DNA from: a virus
Lineage: Duplodnaviria > Caudoviricetes
Length of the DNA stretch: 64,000 bases
Reading direction: 5' to 3' (one strand)
Virus record (IMG/VR): IMGVR_UViG_3300050034_000334
Made by a program: the position numbers and the translations under genes. The notes under the pieces are model-generated. The model ran no database searches. It was not told the origin of the DNA and saw nothing but the letters and a program-made list of their open reading frames with translations. Below, one piece after another: positions 10,648-19,236 of this stretch (position 1 is the first letter of the stretch; each line of letters opens with the position of its first letter).

Positions 10648-11355
10648 TTAACCCTCCTTCTGCCAAAGAACAGCAGCTCCCTTCATACCAATTTCTGACA
10701 TGCGATTAGGATTTGAGAGAATTTGTTTCCTAGCTCTTTCAGCCTGAGCCTTACGGCGTTCAGGAGTCCATGCTGATTTCATTTTTGTTGTGATTTTAGA
10801 TTTCCATTCAGGATCTTGCCAATTTTCTCTTAACTCTTTTGCAGCACTCTGTATGCCTTTAGCTGTATCTTCGGCAGTGAACTTGTAGTAGTCCTTATCA
10901 GCTTTCCTTCTTACCCAGGCTCTTCTCAGTTTGACAATCGCAGAATCGGAATGCTTCTTTCCCACTCTTCTAACTTTGATGTCGTCCTTGAATTTTTGCG
11001 ATTGAGCACGCTTCTTCCCAGCCGCTCTGCAGGCCTCTACTTGCCCTGGCCATGTACCTCCATCCCATCCATTTTGTGCTGCGTTGTACCCAGTGTCTCT
11101 CAGATGGGACTGTAATCTAAGTATCCAAGCGGACTCTCTGGCTCTCAACCAGAGTTCGTCTTCAACTTCTTCTAGAATCTCAAAATCCCAAAAATCTGAT
11201 TGCTTGTTCCAAGCTCTTTGCAGATAAGGATTTCTGTGTTTACCCGCTATCAAGTCCTTCTTGTGATTTTGAAGACGATTTTCCACGTCTACAGAGGAAC
11301 CTATGTAGACCTTACCATTTACCAGATTGAGAATCCAGTAAACTCCAGCAACCAT
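10648..11355 (-). CDS. GIY-YIG homing endonuclease
   Basis: GVYWILNLVNGKVYIGSS; HRNPYLQRAWNK. Confidence 0.9.
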   Translation of the reverse strand: MVAGVYWILNLVNGKVYIGSSVDVENRLQNHKKDLIAGKHRNPYLQRAWNKQSDFWDFEILEEVEDELWLRARESAWILRLQSHLRDTGYNAAQNGWDGGTWPGQVEACRAAGKKRAQSQKFKDDIKVRRVGKKHSDSAIVKLRRAWVRRKADKDYYKFTAEDTAKGIQSAAKELRENWQDPEWKSKITTKMKSAWTPERRKAQAERARKQILSNPNRMSEIGMKGAAVLWQKEG

Positions 11356-11366
11356 TTGGGTTACTC

Positions 11367-11404
11367 ACCTCCTACCCGATATCTATAATACTTCGGTAGA
11401 AGGT
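11367..11404 (-). promoter_or_regulatory. Hairpin sequestering the AGGAGG RBS of GIY-YIG gene 10648..11355
   Basis: Minus strand ACCTTCTACCGA-loop-TCGGGTAGGAGGT, about 12 bp with one bulge. Confidence 0.65.
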
Positions 11405-11422
11405 AGAAAGGGAAATGTGCAC

Positions 11423-11901
11423 TTACTTGTGCATGTAGTACACGGTTATCGCCCATCCGATAAGCCCACCGACGCCTGAAGCGAGGAAGCAAGACGCAAG
11501 CACCATTCCAATAGTCTTCCAGCGCCATTCATCCAGGACAGCAACTTTTGCTTCCAGTGCTCCATGGACTTTATCGAACCAGTCTTTTCTACCCGACTTT
11601 GCTCAAGGCCGGTAATTCTTACTTCCATCTTCCCATGGTTGGCCTCATACCATTCCTTGTCAACGAACCGATGCCGAACGTCGTTCAGCTCGACCATCTT
11701 TCCTTCGATGGCGTGGTATGCAAGCTCAACAGCCTTCTGTTCTAGAACATGCTTATCGTCATGACCCTTCTGCCAGGTTTCAAACGTGGTTTCGAGGACA
11801 GCCACCTTCCCTTCGTCTGACATCTTCTGCCATGACTGAAAGGTAGCTTCCAGAGCAGCAAACTTCAGTTCTAGATCCTTGTCACGGTTGTTGTCTTCCA
11901 C
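11423..11901 (-). CDS. Coiled-coil protein whose transmembrane C-terminus is in the -1 frame (holin-like if frameshifted)
   Basis: Frame 0 stops at 11446; -1 frame after GAA-AAG (11585-11588) reads DWFDKVHGALEAKVAVLDEWRWKTIGMVLASCFLASGVGGLIGWAITVYYMHK to TAA at 11423. Confidence 0.6.
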
Positions 11902-11915
11902 AACTGACCAACTTC

Positions 11916-13823
11916 CTACTTCCTGACAGGACGAGCACGAGTGAGCTTCGAACCGAACTTCTTCGAAGGATCATCGTTGCCCATCCAGTAGTTGTCGGAG
12001 CCAGAGGCTTCCTTGACTTCATCCTCGATAGGCTCCTCTTCGACAGGTGGCGGTGGCAGCGCAGGCTCTTCTTCGATGTGCTCTTCTTCCATGCCCATGC
12101 CCGGCTCTTCCTCGGTGTGAATTTCCACACCAGAGTTTTCGGCCAGGTTCTCGATGGCGCCAGCGGCTTCATCCAGGAGTCCATACACTTCGCTCAAGGC
12201 CTCGCCGAACTGCTCCGGCTCTTCCTCAGCCAGCTTCTTCAGGCCGGCAGCGAACTTGGAGGCTGCTGCCTTCTTCTCGGTCGGACTCGCTGTCTTCGGT
12301 GGATCGGAGAGATTGAGATTGTCTCTCATGTTGAGGAAGGAAGCACGAAGCGAGCCGAAAACATTGGCCAGTTCCGTAAGGGCTGACTTCACTTCCATGG
12401 GTTCATTCTTCGCAAGGAGAACCAACTTGTGCTGCTTGGGTGCCGCAGTGGCTGTTCTCGCCTTCTTGCGATTCGCGATTTTCTTGAGCAACTCTTGACG
12501 AGTAGTTGTTGAAGTTGCGGCCATGATGGGTTTCTCCTGTTTTGAAGCGTTCAAACTTGTGTGCAAGATCTGATTTGGAAGATCTGGAGGAACGGTCACC
12601 CGCTCCTTGCGCTCTTGAGGTTGACCAGGTGTGGGAGGAGCTCCTTCACTTCCTGGAGGTGGTGTATTCTGAGGTGCCCCATTGGGATTCACCACAGGAA
12701 TCTCTTCTTCCTGACCGGGAGCAGCTGGTGCTGTGCTCGAACCTGGAGTGGTGTGGTAGTAATCAGCCGTCTTCAGGGAGCTAAGCAACAGAGAGGATTT
12801 CTTGGAAGGAGTCTCAACTCCTCCAATGCGATCACGAATCAGATTCAGAATGCTGTGTGATGGATCGTACTCCGAGAACTCCATCATCAGCTTGCCGAAC
12901 TCCTTGTAGAGTTGCTTGAGACGATCGCCGCCCAAGCCGGTGTCACTCTTGAACTTGTCGAGGAACTCGGACTTCTTGCCATGTTCAGACTCGACAATGT
13001 AGTCGAAGATCATCGCCATCACCTTGGCGATCTTTTCAGACTTCTTGGTCTCCTTGACAAATTCATAGAACTCGTCGCGGATGGTCTTGAGTTCGTCCTC
13101 TTCCTCGATGTCCTTCACGCTCCTGTTGGCCTGAGCATGCTCTTCAGTGTCGAGGATGTTGAACTCGGTACCATCGTCTTCGGATTCTTGAATCAGTGAG
13201 ACCTGATGCTGTGAAGGCTCCTCTGAATCTTTGCCTTTCTTCCAATCCACATGCCTGTCGATGAAGTCTTTGGCATCACTGAGACGATAGCCAAAAATGT
13301 ATCTCAGATAGCCAGTTATCTGCTTTTCAAGAGGCTTGGTTCTGTCCTCTTCTGGGACCCTGTTCGGATCGAACTTGGAAAGAGTCTTGCGATCATACAA
13401 CTCTCTGACGAGAACGTGAGAGATCGCTTCATCCACCAAGTCCTCATCAAGTCCACCGGCTGCTCCCTCTCCATAGAGACGAGAGATGTAGTTCTTTTGG
13501 AACCACTTGTCCCAGTTCTGGGCTTCGTCAATAGGATAACCGGATTCCTTGATTGCCTCCTTGACGATCTTGTCGATCTCCAACCCATAGACTGCGATCA
13601 TTCGCAATGTTGCCACGAAACGCATCATCTTGGGTGAAGTGATCAATCCCTTCTTGGCCAACTCGGAGGAGCTCAAGGTCAGCTTTTGTGTTCCAGCTAT
13701 GTTTGTAAGCTGGTATTTCTCTCCAGATGGGGAGGCAATTTTCGCCTTCACCCGGAAGGAACGTCCTTCCCTGGTTGTGATTATCTGACCTGGATCAATC
13801 GAAATGTGAGCATTCAGTATCAT
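11916..13823 (-). CDS. Modular K-x-A motif protein containing a sigma-70-like domain
   Basis: EDLVDEA...SKFDP...ITGYLRYIF...VSL...GLGGDRLKQLYKEFGKLM; KTA motifs in C-terminal half. Confidence 0.55.
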   Translation of the reverse strand: MILNAHISIDPGQIITTREGRSFRVKAKIASPSGEKYQLTNIAGTQKLTLSSSELAKKGLITSPKMMRFVATLRMIAVYGLEIDKIVKEAIKESGYPIDEAQNWDKWFQKNYISRLYGEGAAGGLDEDLVDEAISHVLVRELYDRKTLSKFDPNRVPEEDRTKPLEKQITGYLRYIFGYRLSDAKDFIDRHVDWKKGKDSEEPSQHQVSLIQESEDDGTEFNILDTEEHAQANRSVKDIEEEDELKTIRDEFYEFVKETKKSEKIAKVMAMIFDYIVESEHGKKSEFLDKFKSDTGLGGDRLKQLYKEFGKLMMEFSEYDPSHSILNLIRDRIGGVETPSKKSSLLLSSLKTADYYHTTPGSSTAPAAPGQEEEIPVVNPNGAPQNTPPPGSEGAPPTPGQPQERKERVTVPPDLPNQILHTSLNASKQEKPIMAATSTTTRQELLKKIANRKKARTATAAPKQHKLVLLAKNEPMEVKSALTELANVFGSLRASFLNMRDNLNLSDPPKTASPTEKKAAASKFAAGLKKLAEEEPEQFGEALSEVYGLLDEAAGAIENLAENSGVEIHTEEEPGMGMEEEHIEEEPALPPPPVEEEPIEDEVKEASGSDNYWMGNDDPSKKFGSKLTRARPVRK

Positions 13824-13986
13824 TCTATAGAGGAGGAGGTAGTCGTTTCTTTGATATCAAAATGATAAAGTGTAATGTCTGAACTATCAGAACCACTGTA
13901 GTGAGTGACCTATCCTTATAGTCACGAGCGCAACATCAGACTACGGGATTCTCAGATTGAGAGTCACCTTTCAGGAGAAATTCCAA

Positions 13987-14193
13987 ATGGCTAAAATCGC
14001 AAAGCAGGATCGGGAAACCATGAACGCTCTTTTCACCAAGGAGCTTTCTCGGATGACAGGCACCAAGATCGCCGGGGAGAAAGACCTCCAGGCCTTCAAG
14101 GACCATGAGGAGTACATGGCAACTCTGTCGTCTGTGCTGGCTGATGACAAGACCGAAGGCGGCCAGGACCCTAACGCGAATTTCTTTGAGTGA
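13987..14193 (+). CDS. Small hypothetical protein
   Basis: AGGAG RBS before ATG 13987; GACTA-N6-TCTCAGA motif at 13939-13956. Confidence 0.65.
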   Translation: MAKIAKQDRETMNALFTKELSRMTGTKIAGEKDLQAFKDHEEYMATLSSVLADDKTEGGQDPNANFFE

Positions 14194-14211
14194 TCGAAAA
14201 ACGTACTTTCG

Positions 14212-14245
14212 ACCTCCACCAGTATCAGATCGGACTGGTGGAGGT
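14212..14245 (+). promoter_or_regulatory. 12-bp inverted repeat containing GGAGGT; RBS-masking hairpin, possibly also a terminator between convergent genes
   Basis: acctccaccagt-N10-actggtggaggt. Confidence 0.7.
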
Positions 14246-14252
14246 TTCTGGT

Positions 14253-14285
14253 ATGTTTGTCTATGTGATAGTCAATGCGGATTGA
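14253..14285 (+). pseudogene. Stump of a GIY-YIG homing endonuclease (MFVYVIVNAD*)
   Basis: ATGTTTGTCTATGTGATAGTCAAT nearly identical to the start of 32449..33153; upstream 30 nt also shared. Confidence 0.75.
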
Positions 14286-14352
14286 ACTATCGGACTCATC
14301 GCTTCACCTGCTCTGCTGCGCGGGAGACTTCCTTCCCCGTATTCAACTACGA

Positions 14353-17300
14353 TCAAAGCACCGTAACATTGTATGCCAGACTCGCTGGCGTGCCTGTTCC
14401 ACAAACATACACAGTCACTACCCCTGTTGCAGTGACGGAGGCCCGCACGTTGAATGCACCGCCTACATCCACTCCCGTCGTGCTGCTCACTGCTACTGGA
14501 TGCCCTACAACTGCTCCTGTCACCGTCGCCGTGCCTGAATCGCAGGTTGCCGTTAGCGCCGTTCCTGTGATTGTCCCGGTCGTGCCAGTCAAGACGAGTT
14601 CAACGTAAGCCGCCCCTGTGTTATTGGCAGATTTATTACCGAGAGCCGCCGAGGGTAAGAGTATGCCATTGGCGTTGTAATAAGCCCCCGGAGTCTTTAC
14701 TCCATTGCCATTTGCAAAGGCTCGGAAAAGCTCGGACGGGGAAGTCGTATTGGTCGTCGAAACAATGAAATCGTCGGTGGTTGCGTCCTTTCCGTAGAAC
14801 ATATCAACAAGGTAATAGCCCGCCGCTGATGTACCGCAGAAAATCCCCACTCCTCCATAGCAGCGCGTCGCCTCTGTCGTGGCTGATCCGGTTCCTAGCG
14901 AAGTCTGCGTGCTGAAAAGGCTGAAAAGACTATTTCCCGCATTTGCGGTGCTTGTGGATACGGTTAGCTGGTCGATGTAGCCGTTGCCGTTCGATGGATC
15001 AATACTGAATAACGTTACCGCTGGAAGAATAGGAGTAGTTTCTGTAGAATAAATCAGCTTATCAGTTGCAGCATCTTTACCAAAAAAGGTGCTTCGAGAA
15101 TAGTTCCCATTTAGGTTAATTCCGGCATAGCTTCCAGGGGCAGAATATATCGCCAGACCAGCTATATTCGAAGTCCTGGGTGCTAGAACGGCGGTCGCTA
15201 CTGCTGCCGTTCCTGTTCCACCTGTAAAGGCCACGCTCGGCGCGGACGAGCCGTATGTCCCCCCATTCGTTACGGTTGCGTTGATTACTTGCAAAGAGCT
15301 TCCCACTGTGGCGCAGATTGGCGTTGCGGCTGCTGAACCTGAACCGAAGGTAATGCCGGTGGGACAAACCGTGTATGAGCCACCACTACTTATATTCAAG
15401 TTGACCACTTGCTCTGTGTTATCGAGTGAAGTCTGCGCCGGGAAGAGAGACAACAGACCTGCGCCCGTAGTACCAGCAGCGTTGGTAGTCGCGGATTGCA
15501 GCCCCCATGTGGCGGAGTTTGGATTGTAGTATAGGTGACAGTCCTGAGAAATCCCGTTTGATTGCTGTGTGGGATAGGTCGAGAACGGAACTTCGAGGGT
15601 TGAAATATAGGTCGAGCAGTTGAGCGAATTTAGGTTTTGCGCTCCGTTAACTTTCACCTCCGACCACCAGTTATTTTTTGCTCCGTTCATAGCATTTGAA
15701 AGCCCCGTATAGCTGATCGTCGCGCCCTCGTCCGTACCTACCAAATCGTGCAGAGAGTATGGGGCGATAGATACTTCAATGTTTCCTGAGCCGACAAACT
15801 GCTCGGTCACGTAGGAGTTATAGAGGTATGTCGCGCTTCCCACCTGAATCAGCACCGGATTAGCGACTTGCCCCCCAAGATTGTTTGCGCCTTCCCACAA
15901 TGCAATGCGCGGAAACGTTAGAGTATTGGCCGGATTCTGCGTCCAGGTGTTGAAGTCTGTCGAGACAAAACGCGCAATATCGGTGGGGAGATCACCCACA
16001 CCCGCCCCAGGATAAGCCACGTGCGCCCATGCCCAATAGAAGCCAGTCACGGCGTCCTTCCACAAATACGACCCGCTAACCATGTACGTTCCGTCTGCCC
16101 CCATCACAGGGTTGCCAGAGTACTTTACCCAGTTGATACCGTCGGTAGATGTAGCGGTTCCGGTTAGAAAATCTCCCTGTTGACCCTGAAAATATCCGTT
16201 TGTGTGAACTCCGTTTGCCTGATAAAGCATCCTCCATGTAGACCCATCTACGAGAATTGATCCGGTTGCAATAACATAGTCATCCCATGCTCCACTCTGC
16301 AATGTTCCGCCGCTTAATACGGATGTTACGGTTCCCGGTGTGCCTCCGGCGGTCGCGGTGAAGGTTGGCAGGGTTGCGTAACCGGAACCAGTGGCGGATA
16401 CGGTTGCGATGACGATGGCCCCACCGGATATTGTGACAGTAATCTGAGCGCCAGTACCCCCTCCTCCAGCGCCGTTGATCGTATATGTTCCGTCCGTCTG
16501 CCCCGAACCCGGTGTAAGGATTGTCGCGCCGGTTTGCCCGAGCACTACTCCAGAAAGATTCGCAGTGGTAAGAATTCCCGCCGCAAGATTGGCGGCACTG
16601 CTGGCGGTGTAAACCTCAATCCTGTTTTGCAGGGGCATCGGCACTGCGTAAACGTAGTAAGTTGAACCCTGATGTACAAGCTGCGAACGTGCGTGATTCA
16701 AAAGTATAGGAGTGGCCGCGCTCACCCATCCATTTACACCGTTCAGCGATTCTGCATAGCAGATGTTCGACGTGCTGCTAGTGCCCGTAGTTTTGAATAC
16801 AACCGTTCCCGACGAGAGTCCTAACAGTTGCGAGTTCGCATCCTGAATGACGGACGGTTCGCCGACAACGTTACACGGATTGGAGGTGTAGCCTATTGGT
16901 CCTTTGCGATCCCACACGGTAGACATAAGAATCTTCGAGGTTGTGCCTTCGGCAATGCTTGGGGGGGTAAATCCATCATCGGATGTGGTGCCTGCTGTAA
17001 CGCTCGGCGCGCTCACCGGCCCGGTAAACGCCGCGCCGGTCAGAGCCGCGCCGCCCAGGTTCGCCAGCGCCCCGGCTGCTGTGGTTGCGCCGGTGCCGCC
17101 TGCTGTTATTGGTACTGTATTCTCGCCGGATACAGCCGTGCCGTTCGCCGGATAGTAGGCAATCTGCCCCGTTGTGCCACTGTTCACCGTGCCGCTGCCA
17201 CCTGGATTGCCGCATCCTGTGCCGTCTGCCTTGGCGTAGAGCCCAGTGCAAGAACCGCTTGCACCGCCGATAGTGACAGGGTCCGTAGCGCCAGCCGCTA

Positions 17301-18000
17301 GGGTACTTGCAGTAATCTGCTTTGTAGTGGTCATATTGCCTTGACTATCTACAGTGAGATTAGGAATCGCAGGCTGGGCAGCGTTAGCTGTTGACTGAGC
17401 ATTTGAAGCGGCAGAACGAGCCGTTGAATCGTCGGCACTTCCAGAAAGTGCGGTGCGTGCAGTTGAATCGTTAGCTGAACCAGACAAGGCAGTTCGTGCA
17501 GTGGAGTCATTAGCTGAACCGGAAAGAGCTGAATTGGCACTTGACTGAGCAGTAGCTGCAGCAAGTCTTGCAATGGAGTCGTTAGCCAAACCACTTGCAG
17601 CATTTTCTTGTAAAGAAGCACGAGCATCTGTAATTCCTGTGGTGGGAACAATAGCAGTGCCATTGGTCACTACAACAGCAATTGGAATATCTGAAGCTGT
17701 AAAGGAGGTTGTTTTCACCGCTGGAATACAAGAAGAGGATGTGTTCAGATACACGTAGTTGGTTGTAGAAGCACTCATAGTTAGAGTGCTTGCTGTATAG
17801 GTTACGATTGTTCCTGTACAATTAGCAGTTCCACCACCTAAGTTGAGGACAAGTCCAGTTCCAGGTGTTGGATCATAGCTTCCTTGAACGTACTTGGCTT
17901 TTAGAGCGGAAACTGGAGCATTGGGATTTTGAGGTTGTTGAGCAACAATAGCAGTAGTCACAACCATTGCGAATGTTAGGAAAGCCAAGAGGGTTTTCAT
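14353..18000 (-). CDS. Fibre/spike-like protein with signal-peptide-like N-terminus and glycosidase-like five-bladed propeller
   Basis: MKTLLAFLTFAMVVTTAIVA; G/T/A-rich fibre repeats; ATSTDGINWVKYSGNPVM, STDFNTW, ANPVLIQ propeller motifs. Confidence 0.65.
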   Translation of the reverse strand: MKTLLAFLTFAMVVTTAIVAQQPQNPNAPVSALKAKYVQGSYDPTPGTGLVLNLGGGTANCTGTIVTYTASTLTMSASTTNYVYLNTSSSCIPAVKTTSFTASDIPIAVVVTNGTAIVPTTGITDARASLQENAASGLANDSIARLAAATAQSSANSALSGSANDSTARTALSGSANDSTARTALSGSADDSTARSAASNAQSTANAAQPAIPNLTVDSQGNMTTTKQITASTLAAGATDPVTIGGASGSCTGLYAKADGTGCGNPGGSGTVNSGTTGQIAYYPANGTAVSGENTVPITAGGTGATTAAGALANLGGAALTGAAFTGPVSAPSVTAGTTSDDGFTPPSIAEGTTSKILMSTVWDRKGPIGYTSNPCNVVGEPSVIQDANSQLLGLSSGTVVFKTTGTSSTSNICYAESLNGVNGWVSAATPILLNHARSQLVHQGSTYYVYAVPMPLQNRIEVYTASSAANLAAGILTTANLSGVVLGQTGATILTPGSGQTDGTYTINGAGGGGTGAQITVTISGGAIVIATVSATGSGYATLPTFTATAGGTPGTVTSVLSGGTLQSGAWDDYVIATGSILVDGSTWRMLYQANGVHTNGYFQGQQGDFLTGTATSTDGINWVKYSGNPVMGADGTYMVSGSYLWKDAVTGFYWAWAHVAYPGAGVGDLPTDIARFVSTDFNTWTQNPANTLTFPRIALWEGANNLGGQVANPVLIQVGSATYLYNSYVTEQFVGSGNIEVSIAPYSLHDLVGTDEGATISYTGLSNAMNGAKNNWWSEVKVNGAQNLNSLNCSTYISTLEVPFSTYPTQQSNGISQDCHLYYNPNSATWGLQSATTNAAGTTGAGLLSLFPAQTSLDNTEQVVNLNISSGGSYTVCPTGITFGSGSAAATPICATVGSSLQVINATVTNGGTYGSSAPSVAFTGGTGTAAVATAVLAPRTSNIAGLAIYSAPGSYAGINLNGNYSRSTFFGKDAATDKLIYSTETTPILPAVTLFSIDPSNGNGYIDQLTVSTSTANAGNSLFSLFSTQTSLGTGSATTEATRCYGGVGIFCGTSAAGYYLVDMFYGKDATTDDFIVSTTNTTSPSELFRAFANGNGVKTPGAYYNANGILLPSAALGNKSANNTGAAYVELVLTGTTGTITGTALTATCDSGTATVTGAVVGHPVAVSSTTGVDVGGAFNVRASVTATGVVTVYVCGTGTPASLAYNVTVL
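17410..17530 (-). repeat. Three degenerate 39-bp tandem repeats encoding ALSGSANDSTART
   Basis: Peptide (ALSGSA[N/D]DSTAR[T/S])x3 in the ORF translation. Confidence 0.8.
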
Positions 18001-18005
18001 GAGAG

Positions 18006-18325
18006 TTAAACTCCAAACACAAAGAAATTTTCAGTGGTGAACTGGTCTGGTGGAAGGTTAGAGAGAGAGGCAGAACTGGTTGAACATGCCATCCTATTTG
18101 ATAGTTCCCTTTCCAATTTATGGGAATGGTGAAGCTGGCATAGTAGCAACCTAGAGAAGAACAGGCTGGCATTTGATTGGCAAGGACAGAAATGAGTGTT
18201 CCTTCTGAGATCCCCACAATGCTGTAATTTATGAAAAATGGGGATACGAGATCACCAGTAGAGTCTAGGACCTGAATAGCTAGGTCAGACGTACCTAGTG
18301 TTCTTCCTGGTGTGAATGCTCGCAT
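18006..18325 (-). CDS. Frameshifted paralog of the N-terminal domain of 33207..34268
   Basis: MRAFTPGRTLGTSDLAIQVLDS aligns with MQTLTQGKTLGPGDLGILIHDA; -1 frame ends SNLPPDQFTTENFFVFGV* just before the fibre ATG; end coordinate approximate. Confidence 0.55.
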
Positions 18326-18382
18326 CGTTCCCTTCCCCTCACTTTAGATTGAAAAGTCGTTATCCTAGCAACGGAAGTCAGG

Positions 18383-18745
18383 CTAGTGGAAGCAAGCAGC
18401 GATTGCGGTAACGTCTATATCAGATGCAGTCAAGTACAGATAGAGAGCATCAAACGGAGTACTCTGAAACCAGATTAGCCCTCCAGAGGTCATTTGTAGC
18501 ACAACTGCTGATGGAGGGATTCCTAGGCTATGAGCAACTGTAAAATTGCCAGGAGCAGAGGAAGATACGGGTATATTGCTAACCGTAGTGCCAGCAGGTT
18601 GAATATGCACCCACGCCAATCCAGTATCGTACCATTCTTGTCCGGTATCTGTTGCGAAGTACCTTCGTCCTGGAATTCCAAAAGTTGGAAGATTTGCGTA
18701 GGGACCAATCGCACTCACTGTTGACAAAAGAACAGGTGAACTCAT
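18383..18745 (-). CDS. Tail-associated protein
   Basis: GRRYFATDTGQEWYDTG.AW motif common in phage fibre/baseplate proteins. Confidence 0.55.
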   Translation of the reverse strand: MSSPVLLSTVSAIGPYANLPTFGIPGRRYFATDTGQEWYDTGLAWVHIQPAGTTVSNIPVSSSAPGNFTVAHSLGIPPSAVVLQMTSGGLIWFQSTPFDALYLYLTASDIDVTAIAACFH

Positions 18746-19236
18746 AGGTACACTCCAATCGGTTGCAACGTGCCATCAACATCAGCGTAGACGAAAGGCC
18801 CAAATTCAGTAATTTCCAGATACGACAGTACCTTTGGTACTCCACAAACTACAGCAAAACCGTAAAGTCTCGATTCAATGGAATCAAGCACCTCAATCAG
18901 TTGTGGTACACTACTAATCATTGCGTAAATGAAAGTTCCAGAATTATCAACCGCCAGGTAAGGAGAAACTGTAAATGGCGGGTTTGGCATGTGGTGAATC
19001 ACCTGTACAACATTGTCCGTAGTTAGCGAGATTCCCAAGTACAGCTGGTAAGTTGTCGTGGCAGCGTCATACAAGAAAGATTTCACCTGAATTTGAATAC
19101 CATCCACCCAAACCTCAACATCAGTCATGGGATTGAAATTCACCGTTAGGGCATCCACAGTTCGACTGAATGGTCCTCCTATCGAAGAGATCAGGTTGAC
19201 CACGTTCCCAAGGAACTCTGTGCTAACCTGTGACAT
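18742..19236 (-). CDS. Hypothetical virion protein
   Basis: 164 aa beta-rich ORF in operon. Confidence 0.7.
   Translation of the reverse strand: MSQVSTEFLGNVVNLISSIGGPFSRTVDALTVNFNPMTDVEVWVDGIQIQVKSFLYDAATTTYQLYLGISLTTDNVVQVIHHMPNPPFTVSPYLAVDNSGTFIYAMISSVPQLIEVLDSIESRLYGFAVVCGVPKVLSYLEITEFGPFVYADVDGTLQPIGVYL

Noticed and set aside
13971-14219. Minus-strand 82-aa ORF
   Set aside because: Shadow of plus-strand gene 13987..14193, which has an RBS and promoter motif.
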